Assembly (NCBI RefSeq): GCF_009914755.1
Contig: NC_060940.1
Source: the human T2T-CHM13v2.0 reference genome, Homo sapiens
Direction: 5' to 3' (one strand)
DNA length: 64,000 nucleotides
Shown here: piece by piece, positions 1-10,400 of the stretch
How positions within the stretch are numbered: the stretch's first letter is position 1
How the letters are laid out: each line of letters opens with the position of its first letter
Translations under genes and position numbers: made by a program
The notes under the pieces: model-generated
The model's input: the letters and a program-made list of their open reading frames with translations, nothing else
What the model was told of the DNA's origin: nothing
The model's database searches: none

Positions 1-699
1 CAGACCCTGGCTGCAGGTGGGGGCCAGATCCCAACTGCAGGTTCAGCTCTCAGCCATGCTGTCCTTCCCCAGTGCCATGTCTGGAAAGCGGGGCCACACG
101 CAGGTTCCATGTGTGGGGAAGACAGGGCACATGCACCAGGCCCCACTCCCACACCGGGACGAGGGAAGAAAGGGCAGTTCTCCCGCAGCTCCCCCTCGCC
201 GGGAACCCCACGCTTTCCGCTCTCCCCACAGAGGGGCTGAGGAGAAAGGGAGAGCCAGTCCCTGCTGTTTGGGAAGGCACGGGCCAGCCCTGACGACAGC
301 AGAAACAACCAGGAGAATGAAGCCTACCCCACACCAGGGATGGATGCAGCTGAAAGGGCTGGGACCGTTCACAAGGAGGAGGAGCAGGTTGCTTAGGATG
401 CCTGGCTGCAAGTGGGACTGCGTGAGCGTTGATATCAGGGTGTCACAGACAGGCCCAAGGACCCATCAGATCCAACCTCCATTTACAGTTGGTGAAACTG
501 AGGCCAGGAGGCCCAATTGGACAGTGGCACTCCAGTTGGGCAGTGCAGCCGAGTGTGCAGGGCTCCCAGGCCTGGTCCCCAGGGGATGGCCACCAGGATG
601 TGGAACGACAGGCGCCCTTTGAGAATTGCAGGATCATGGAGACACGCCCGAGGAGTTCACACCACACGCAATCCAGGAGGGCTTCCTGGAAGAGGGATG

Positions 700-930
700 C
701 CATGCTTCTGAGCAAACGTCTGCTAGGCACTCACTGCGTGCTGGTTTGTGTGCTCCATGAGGTGGCTTGCGTTGTTCTGTTTAACCCTCTGACCACACCC
801 TGTGAGGTCAAGACTCTGATCATCCCCATTTCACAGGTGGGAAAACGGGCTCAGAGAGGCTGGGACGGGGCTTGGATCCCACAGTCAAGGAGTGCGGGAT
901 CTGAGAGTCAAGCCCAGGTGGGGCTGGCCC
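700..930 (-). mobile_element. MIR SINE fragment
   Basis: Reverse MIR core pattern 'atccccatttcacaggtgggaaaacgggctcagagagg'; recognised by eye, boundaries approximate. Confidence 0.55.
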
Positions 931-1984
931 CAAAGCCCCCTGTGTGGTTGGCCAGGAGTGAGTGGGGGTCGGGAGGAAGGGAAACGGGAGGGGCAACCCA
1001 ATCCGAGGGATCTTCTCCAGCAGAGGCCCCAGGAGGGGCTGGGAAGGAAGGGCCAGGGGTGGGACCAGGGGCAGATTGGGGAGAACCTGGCTCTCGAGGG
1101 TGCACAGGCCATAGCTGAAACTGAGCAGGTTGAAAGAGGAGGTGAGGCGAAGAGGGTTGGGAGCAGCGGCCAGGGGTGGGGCAGAGGCATGGGGGCAGGA
1201 GCCCAGGTGGGGGCACCCCTCCTTTCAGGCACTGGCATTCCCCCACACCCCCAGCCAGAGCCACCCCAACCTGCTCTTGAGTTACCAGAGCGCTTGGCCG
1301 GCTAAAGAGGGGCCAGTTCCTATTTCTGAGAGAAAAGGAGCCGCTCGTGCTCCTCCGGGGTCTCCCTGGGGCCAGCCCTAGATCTGGGGGATAGGATCTC
1401 CCGACTTCAAAGGGGTCCGGCCTACTGAAACCCACACCGACAGGCTGGCACCAAGGGGCTCTGCCAAGAGCCTTGGCGGGGCCAGAACCCAAGGCCTGGA
1501 GCACATGCCGCCCCATGCCCACCCCAGCTCCAAGGACTGGGACGCGTCCCCGAGCCCCTGGAGGGACAGCTGGCAGCTGGCCCTCGAGTGCCCTGGGGTG
1601 CTGCAGGCAAATGTCCCTGCTGTCCTGGGGCAGAGGAAAGGGGATGGGATGGCCAAGTTCTGCCCGCAAGCTGGGCAGGCAGAGGCAGGGCCACCCCAGG
1701 AGATGGGAAGGACAGAGGGACAGGGTGTGGAGGCAGTGGGGTGGGGCCACCCTTTGTTCAGCGCGGAAGAAGCACAGTTATAGACAGTCCTGCCTTCAAA
1801 TCTCAGCTTGGCTGTGTCAATTGTGTGACCTTGGACCCGTCACACCACCTCTCTGGGCTGCAACTTCCTCACTTGCAGCAATTTCTTGATTCACTGACTT
1901 TCTGGTCAGCCTAAGGCTGCGAATCTGTCACATCACTGTGTGCCCAGTGCCTGACACAGCATCCAACACAAATGTAAAGACTTG

Positions 1985-3292
1985 TGGATGGATGGGTGGG
2001 TGGGTGGATGAGTGGGTAGATTAGAGGGGATGGGCAGGTGGGTAGATGAATGGGTGAGTGGGTGGATAGATGGGTGGGTGGATGAATGGGTAGAAGGGTG
2101 GACGGGTGGCTGACTGGGTGGATGGATGGATGGATGGATGAGTGGGTGGATAGATGGGTGAGTGATGGGTGAATGGGTGGGTGGATGGGCAGGTGGATGG
2201 GCAGGAGGATGGGGGGACAGGCACGTGGATGGATGCATGGGTAAGTGGGTGGATAGATGGGTGGATGAATGGTAGAAGCATGGATGGATGGGTGGATGGA
2301 TAGGTGGGTAATGGATGGATGGATGGATGGATGGATGGATGGATGAGTGGGTGGATAGATGGGTGAGTGATGGATGGATGGGTGAATGGGCAGGTGGATG
2401 GGGGGATGAATGGGTGGATGAATGAATGGGTGAATGGGTGGGTGGATAGATGGGTGGACAAATGGTAAAGGGGTGGATGGGTGGGTGGGTGGATGGATGG
2501 GTGGATGGGTGATGGATGGATGGGTGGGTGGATAGATGGGTGAGTGATGGGTGGATGATGGGTGGATGAATGCATGGATGGGCAGGTGGATGGGGGGATG
2601 GGCGGGTGGATGGATGAATGTGTGAGTGGGTGGATGATTGGGTGGAAGGGTGGATGAGTGGGTGGGTAGATGGATGGGTGGGTGAGTGATGGATGAGTGG
2701 GTGGATGGATGGGTGGGTAGATGGACAGATGGGTGGGTGGGTGATACATGAGTGGGTGGATGGATGGATGGATAATGATGATGGATGAGTGAATGGATGG
2801 ATGGATGGATGGATGGTTGGATGGATGGATGGGTGGATGGACAGATGGGCAGATGGGTAGGTGGGTGATGGATGGGTGGATGGATGGATGGATGATGATG
2901 ATGGATGAGTGAATGGATGGATGGATGGATGGACGGACAGACAGATGGACGGATGGGTGGATGGGTGATGGATGGGTGGATGGATGATGATGGATGAGTG
3001 GATGGATGGATTAATGGATGGATGGATGGATGGATAGATGGATCAATGGGTGAGTGGGTGGGTATCTGGATGGATGGGTAGGTGGGTGGATGGATGGGTA
3101 GATGATGGATGGGTAGATAGATGGATGATGATGATGATGGATGGATGGGTGGATGGATGGATGGGTGGGTAGATGGATGGATGGATAGGTGGGTGGATGG
3201 ATGGATGGATGGATAGATGGATGGATGGGTGGGTGGGTAGATGGATGGATGGATAGGTGGGTGGATGGATGGATACATGAACAGATGGATGG
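1985..3292 (+). repeat. ~1.3 kb degenerate (GGAT)n/(GGGT)n simple-repeat array
   Basis: Continuous tggatggatgggtgg-type units with almost no C on the + strand; a 120-bp internal duplication (rows 2761 and 2881 nearly identical). Confidence 0.97.
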
Positions 3293-3454
3293 GACAGTGT
3301 GGCAAAGGCTTTACTGCTAAGTCCCAGTGGCTTCCTGCAGTTCTTCACTCTCCCTGGGCCTCAGTCTATACATCTCTGGGTAAGGACATGCTTCCTCCTG
3401 TGACACAGTGACTCACATTAGGGCCTCTGGGTTCTCTACATTGCTAGGAGGGGC

Positions 3455-3968
3455 ATGAGTTACGGTTGTCTATTGCTGTATCATAAAGAACAGACTGAAA
3501 CAACAAACCTTTATTATCTCTTAGTTTCCAAAGGTCAGGATGCAGGCACAGCCTAGCGGGTGGTTCTGGCTCAAATTCCCTCACAAGATTGCGGTCAGAA
3601 TGTCAGCAGGGGCTGCAGCATCATCCAAAGGCCCAACGGAGTCTGGGGAAGCCACTTCCAAGATGGCTCCCTCACACAGCTACAGGCAGGAGGCCTCTGT
3701 TCCTCACCTCATGGCCTCTCCACGGGGCTGCTTGAGTGCCCGGAAAGCATGGCAGCTGCTTCCCCACATGTGTGATCTAAGTGTGCAAGGAGGAAGCTGC
3801 AGTGCCTTTTAGGGCCCAATCTTGAAGTCCAGCACCCCTCCTTCCAGCATATTCTGTTCATTAGCAGTGAGGCGGTAAGCTCAGCTGTGTTCAAGTGGAG
3901 AGAATGAGGCTCCACCTCTTGAAGGGAGGAGTGTTAAAGAATGTGTGGCCATATTTTAAAACCATCAC
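3455..3968 (-). mobile_element. ERVL-MaLR solo LTR (MLT1F/G/H-like)
   Basis: MLT1-type segments 'cacttccaagatggctc', 'ggcctctccacggggctgcttgag', ending 'aaagaatgtgtggccatattttaaaaccatcac'; subfamily not resolvable by eye. Confidence 0.7.
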
Positions 3969-4768
3969 GGAAACTGACAATTGGACAATCTCCTTCCAAA
4001 GTCAAACGCAGGTGCCCTTTGATGCAGCTAGGCCCACAGCGTTTGGAGCACAGGCTGTCGCCATGTGGTGACCATTGCTGTATTGTTTCTAAGGGCCGAA
4101 TGCAGGCAGCAGCCCAGTGTCCATCCAGACAGGTCTGGGTGCTCTGCAGCCTGGATGCGAGGACGAGTGGACAGAGAGTGAGAAACCTCTTCACGGAATG
4201 TTGTGGGATTATCTACAGGATATGTTGTTACATGAAAAAAAGGTCAGGTGCAGAACAGTGAGCGTAGCCGACGATCTTCTGTTGAAGGAAGGAGGAAAGG
4301 CAGTGTGTGTTCCTGTGTGCTGGTGTTTGCATCCAGGGACTCTGGGAGGAAACACCAGAAGCTCCTCTAGTCTCCCCAGCGGGACTGGGGAGGGATCCTG
4401 GCAGGGATGGGAGGGGCAGCGTTCTCACTGCAACTCGTAATAATCTGGAGCTTCGGAGCTGCATGTACACACAATCTATGCGTACATAAAGACCCAACAA
4501 AAAGAGATTTAAGATAGCCGTCAAAGCTGCAGCTGAGGCAGCCAGGTGACCCCTAAACCCTTCAGGGTCCCCCGGGCCAGCTGAGCTGCCCGCTGGCCTC
4601 TGAGGGGAGCTCACCCATCTCCCGGTGGCTCTTGGTGGCTTCCCGGTGCCCTGAGGCCACAGCCGGCTCTGCCCAGGAGCCGCTCCCTCCCACCTGGCTT
4701 CTCCTCGGGCTCTTGGTCCAGAGCCATGCACCACATCGGCCCTGACATGCTTTCCATTTTCTTTGCAG

Positions 4769-4833
4769 CCAAGAAATTCTCATTCCTCAGGAAGTTGTGC
4801 GGCGACCCAGCTGAGGGGCCCCCGACTCCCCAG
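4769..4833 (+). other. ZNF469: Probable ZNF469 non-coding 5' UTR exon (65 nt)
   Basis: Strong acceptor 'tttccattttctttgcag|' ending 4768 and donor 'cag|gtatgt' at 4834; no ATG inside; fits my recollection of the current three-exon model. Confidence 0.75.
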
Positions 4834-5406
4834 GTATGTACAGGCAGCAGCCTGCACCGAGGCTGGCCACAGATGCTCTGGTCTTGATGGTCCTGAGGCC
4901 CCCTCCGCCCCCACCCGCCCGGCCTTCCTCTCCCTCTCAGGACAGTAACCGGGCCTGCCTACTGCCTCCCGAGAGCCGACTCCTGGGGCCCGCCGGGCAG
5001 GGCTTCCAGCCACAGCTCTGAGCCAGCAGGCGGGCATGTCACCTGATGTTCCTCATGGCAGCCGCTGAGCCAGCAGGCCTCACTCCTTCCCTTGATAAAT
5101 CAGACCAGCTCCTTCCCTTGACAAAGCCCCTGGGCACAGCTGTGTTCTCAACACTCCTCCCCACCATCCAGGACTCCGTAAAGGCCACCTCCTCCAGGAG
5201 GCCTTTATGATGCTCCATCTGGGCTGAGGTCCCCACTCTGAGCCCCCTCCTCCTCCATCACCTCCTGGAGGACTCTGGCCATGGGTAGGGGGGTCTGACA
5301 TGTGGGACTGGGCTTCATGTGGGGCCTGGCTGTTGCTGTTCCTACCCCCAACCCTGCAGCCTGGCCCCAGTGGGTGTCTGGGCCATGTGGGACATGGCTA
5401 AGCCCA

Positions 5407-5463
5407 GTGCAGGGCAGGAGATGTGCAGGGCAGGAGATGTGCAGGGCAGGAGATGTGCAGGGC
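5407..5463 (+). repeat. 16-bp tandem repeat x~3.5 (gtgcagggcaggagat)
   Basis: Perfect copies read directly. Confidence 0.95.
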
Positions 5464-6572
5464 TAGGAGCCAGCCCTCCCAGGAGGACCTCGCCTACACT
5501 GGCTGAGGCCTTGAGCGGGTTCCCCACCTCTCTGTGCCTGGATTCCTCACCCATAAATTCAGGGCGACAATCACAGATCACCTCTGAGCCACCGTGAGCA
5601 CAAGGGAGGCAGTTCAGGAAAGTGCTCAGACGCCCAGCATCATTTATTCACTCAACAAACCTCACCTGTGAATCCTGGCCCCAAGGACTCCCAGGCCTTT
5701 GCCCCCTGGCAGTGGATCCCAGAAGAGGGAAAGGGGCCCTCCTCCCGGGGTCATGGGACAGGAGGTACCTCAGTGGTGGGGGCAGAGGAGGAAGGGGCAC
5801 CCGGGCCCCCCAGCTGGCATGACTCTTTTTGGTGGTGTGATGTGGAGTTTGCAGGCTGGGACCTCGCCCACCCTGGAGACCTTGGCCCAAATTGGGCAGG
5901 ACCCTCCTCCCCGGTGCAGGCAGTCCCTGGGCACAGCAGGAAGAGCCAGCCGGAAGTACAGGTACCAACCTCGTGCTGGGGACAGAGGGCCTGCCAGCCT
6001 CTGCGTTAGGAGTCCCCAGGCGGCTGTAGTGCGGGAACTCCGGGAGGGGCATGAGACACCACCAGCTCAGGCCGGTGGGAGGGTCCTGTGACCTCAGGAG
6101 GCAGCCCCCGCCTCCACAGAGGCAGCAGGGTCTCTGAGAGTGCTCCAGGCCTGAGGCCTGTCCCTTCAGCTCCCAGCTGCTCTGCTGCTGGCTGTGTGAC
6201 CCTGGCCAAGTCATCCGCCTCTCTGGGCCTGCCATGAGGACCCAGGGGTCAGTGGCAAGGACAATGCCTGCAAGGGCTGAGCCCTGCCTCACTCTGCTGT
6301 GTAAAGGACGCCCGGTCCCTGCTGGGCAAGTCAGAAGGGGCCCCCACACGGAGCGGCCTGCGCACCTCGTGGCCACAGCCAATGGCTCGGGTCTGAGTCC
6401 TGTCCGCACAGAGGACAGTCCCGTATGTCATGACATGAGAACAGACATGATGAGTGTGAAGCCAGCCCTGGGTGAGCAAGGGGCCAGGCTCCTCTGGGCA
6501 AGCGGCTCCTGCTACATCTGGCATGTGCCAGAATGGGAGCCGGCACCGTCTGGAGGCTGGGGGCTTCCTGGA

Positions 6573-6742
6573 GCAGGATCTGGAGGTTACCCTGTAAGGC
6601 CTGGTGGCAGGGAGACCCTGGCTGACGGCAGGATCTGGAGGTTACCCTGTAAGGCCTGGTGGCAGGGAGACCCTGGCTGACGGCAGGATCTGGAGGTTAC
6701 CCTGTAAGGCCTGGTGGCAGGGAGACCCTGGCTGACGGCAGG
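6573..6742 (+). repeat. 55-bp minisatellite x3.1
   Basis: Identical units gcaggatctggaggttaccctgtaaggcctggtggcagggagaccctggctgacg start at 6573, 6628 and 6683. Confidence 0.95.
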
Positions 6743-7282
6743 GGAGTCCCCGCTTGGAACCAGCCGCCCAGGCCCTGAGAGGTTCAGGCTGAGCCTCTGC
6801 TGCCTCAGTCCCCTATGTCCTGCAACGCAGCCTCCTGCCTCAAGGCCCTCCCCATGGCAGGTGTAAGCATCCACCTGGGCCCTCCTGGACGCTGCCAGGA
6901 CCCTGCCCTGGGGCAGTTCCTGCAGGCTGAGAGCTTGTGCCCCACACAGGTGCCTGTCCTCTCCACAGCCTGGCCGAGGACTGCTCTGAGCCTGTAAGCG
7001 GCCTCCTCACACCCCAGAAAGCTCCCCCTCCCTCCCCCTCCACTCAATCTCTGCGCTCCACCGCCCCTCTTCTCCCTAAGACAGGGAAGGGTCCCTGTTC
7101 CATCTGGCGGGATGCCCTCTCCCTTCCTGCTTCTAGGTAGGGGCTGAGCCGAGCATCCCTTCTAAGCGCGGAGCTTCTGTGATGGCTGCACGCAGCCTCT
7201 TCTGCTTCTGGCCCGGCCACACCCGCATGGAGAGCCTAGAAGCTCCCTGTCTAGGCGAGGGCCACCCAGCCCCTCTGCCCCA

Positions 7283-7306
7283 CTCACCCCTGACCTTTCC
7301 TTCCAG
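7283..7306 (+). promoter_or_regulatory. ZNF469: Branch point, polypyrimidine tract and splice acceptor of the ZNF469 terminal exon (exon starts 7307)
   Basis: ctcac (branch A 7286) ... cctttccttccag|gctc, 126 nt upstream of the ATG. Confidence 0.75.
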
Positions 7307-7321
7307 GCTCCACTCAGGACC

Positions 7322-7414
7322 ATGAGCGCAGGCTTCCCTGGGGCCCATCGAGGGCTGAGGATGGCCGTCCAGCCCACTCCCCAGGGCCCCCCTCGGACAG
7401 CTGCGTCGTCCTAG
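7322..7414 (+). other. uORF in the ZNF469 5' UTR (30 aa), in frame with the main CDS
   Basis: ATG 7322 (accATGa) and ATG 7361 (aggATGg) read MSAGFPGAHRGLRMAVQPTPQGPPRTAASS to TAG 7412-7414; the ORF is certain, its translation is unproven. Confidence 0.6.
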
Positions 7415-7432
7415 CGCCAGGACGGAGGGGCC

Positions 7433-10400
7433 ATGCCTGGGGAGCGCCCCCGAGGAGCGCCGCCCCCCACCATGACTGGAGACCTGCAGCCCCGCCAAGT
7501 TGCCAGCAGCCCGGGGCACCCCTCCCAGCCGCCACTGGAGGACAACACCCCAGCTACCAGGACCACCAAGGGTGCCAGGGAGGCTGGCGGCCAGGCCCAG
7601 GCCATGGAGCTCCCCGAGGCCCAGCCAAGGCAGGCCAGGGACGGGGAGCTCAAGCCCCCATCCCTGAGAGGCCAGGCCCCGAGCAGCACCCCTGGGAAGA
7701 GGGGCAGCCCCCAGACCCCACCGGGGAGAAGCCCCTTGCAGGCTCCCTCAAGGCTGGCGGGCAGGGCAGAGGGCAGCCCCCCACAGCGCTACATTCTGGG
7801 CATCGCCAGCTCGAGGACCAAGCCCACCCTGGACGAGACACCAGAGAACCCACAGCTGGAGGCTGCCCAGCTCCCTGAGGTGGACACCCCCCAGGGCCCT
7901 GGGACTGGAGCTCCACTCAGGCCGGGCCTCCCAAGGACTGAGGCCCAACCCGCCGCCGAAGAGCTTGGCTTCCACAGGTGCTTCCAGGAGCCACCCTCCA
8001 GCTTTACCTCCACCAACTATACCTCACCAAGCGCCACCCCCAGGCCCCCAGCCCCGGGGCCCCCCCAGAGCAGGGGCACCAGCCCCCTCCAGCCCGGTTC
8101 CTATCCCGAATACCAGGCCAGTGGGGCCGACTCCTGGCCTCCCGCTGCTGAGAATAGCTTCCCAGGTGCTAATTTCGGGGTTCCCCCCGCCGAGCCGGAA
8201 CCTATTCCCAAAGGCAGCAGGCCCGGCGGCAGCCCCAGGGGAGTTTCCTTCCAGTTCCCCTTCCCGGCACTGCATGGGGCCAGCACAAAACCCTTCCCTG
8301 CGGATGTGGCTGGGCACGCATTCACCAATGGGCCACTGGTGTTTGCCTTCCATCAGCCCCAGGGAGCGTGGCCGGAGGAGGCCGTGGGCACGGGCCCTGC
8401 CTACCCGCTGCCCACCCAGCCTGCGCCCTCACCCCTGCCCTGCTACCAGGGCCAGCCAGGTGGCCTGAACCGCCACAGCGACCTCAGTGGTGCCCTCTCT
8501 CCCCCTGGAGCTGCTCACTCGGCCCCGAGCCCCTTCTCTGACAGTTTACACAAGAGCCTGACCAAAATCCTTCCCGAAAGACCACCTTCAGCCCAGGATG
8601 GGCTGGGGAGCACGAGAGGGCCCCCTAGCTCCCTACCCCAGAGGCACTTTCCAGGGCAGGCGTACAGAGCCAGTGGGGTGGACACCAGCCCGGGGCCTCC
8701 GGACACCGAGCTGGCCGCCCCAGGGCCCCCACCCGCCAGGCTGCCCCAGCTGTGGGACCCCACAGCAGCCCCTTACCCCACACCTCCTGGGGGCCCCCTG
8801 GCTGCCACCAGGAGTATGTTCTTTAACGGCCAGCCCAGCCCAGGCCAGCGGCTCTGCCTCCCCCAGAGTGCCCCCCTGCCTTGGCCCCAAGTGCTCCCGA
8901 CCGCCCGGCCAAGTCCCCACGGAATGGAGATGCTGAGCCGGCTGCCTTTCCCCGCGGGGGCCCCCGAGTGGCAGGGGGGCAGCCAAGGAGCCCTGGGCAC
9001 TGCTGGCAAGACACCGGGACCCAGAGAGAAGCTGCCAGCCGTGAGAAGCAGCCAGGGCGGCTCCCCAGCACTGTTCACCTACAACGGAATGACAGACCCT
9101 GGGGCTCAGCCCCTGTTCTTCGGGGTGGCCCAGCCCCAGGTTTCACCCCACGGGACACCCAGCCTGCCCCCACCGAGGGTAGTGGGAGCCTCCCCCAGCG
9201 AGTCCCCGCTGCCGTCACCGGCCACCAACACGGCCGGCAGCACCTGCTCTTCCCTGTCGCCGATGTCCAGCAGCCCAGCCAACCCCAGCTCAGAGGAAAG
9301 CCAGCTCCCCGGCCCCCTCGGGCCCTCGGCCTTCTTCCACCCACCCACTCACCCCCAGGAGACGGGCAGCCCCTTCCCGTCCCCGGAGCCCCCCCACTCC
9401 CTCCCCACCCACTACCAGCCAGAGCCAGCCAAGGCCTTCCCTTTTCCCGCAGATGGGCTGGGAGCCGAGGGTGCCTTCCAGTGCCTGGAGGAGACCCCAT
9501 TCCCCCACGAGGGCCCCGAGGTGGGTCGGGGAGGGCTGCAGGGCTTCCCCCGTGCGCCGCCTCCGTACCCCACACACCACTTCTCCCTCAGCAGCGCCAG
9601 CCTGGACCAGCTGGACGTGCTGCTGACCTGCAGGCAGTGTGACCGCAACTACAGCAGCCTGGCGGCCTTCCTGGCCCACCGGCAGTTCTGTGGCCTGCTC
9701 CTGGCCAGGGCCAAGGATGGCCACCAGCGGTCTCCAGGCCCCCCTGGGCTCCCCTCGCCCCCCGCTGCCCCCAGAGTCCCTGCCGACGCACACGCGGGCT
9801 TGCTCAGCCACGCGAAGACCTTCCTGTTAGCTGGGGACGCCCAGGCCGAGGGCAAAGACGACCCCCTGAGGACAGGCTTCCTGCCCAGCCTGGCCGCCAC
9901 CCCCTTCCCGCTCCCTGCCTCGGACCTGGACATGGAGGATGACGCCAAGCTGGACAGCCTCATCACAGAGGCGCTCAACGGCATGGAGTACCAGTCGGAC
10001 AACCCGGAGATCGACAGCAGCTTCATCGACGTCTTCGCGGACGAGGAGCCTTCCGGCCCCAGAGGTCCCAGCTCCGGACACCCCCTTAAGAGCAAGGCGG
10101 GGGTGACTCCAGAGAGCAAAGCTCCGCCCCCGCTCCCAGCAGCCACGCCGGACCCCCAAACCCCCCGCCCTGGGGACAGGGGCTGCCCAGCCCGAGGCAG
10201 GCCCAAAACGCGTTCCCTGGGTCTGGCCCCCACCGAGGCGGATGCGCCCAGCCAGGGCAGGCAGCAGAGGAGGGGGAAGCAGTTGAAGCTGTTCCGGAAG
10301 GATCTGGACTCGGGCGGCGCAGCAGAGGGGTCGGGGTCGGGCGGCGGCGGCAGAGCCTCCGGCCTGAGGCCCCGGAGGAACGACGGTCTCGGGGAGCGGC

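Noticed and set aside
1911-3305. 464-aa His/Pro-rich ORF on the minus strand
   Set aside because: Translation of the (ATCC)n simple repeat, which rarely contains stops; no gene signals
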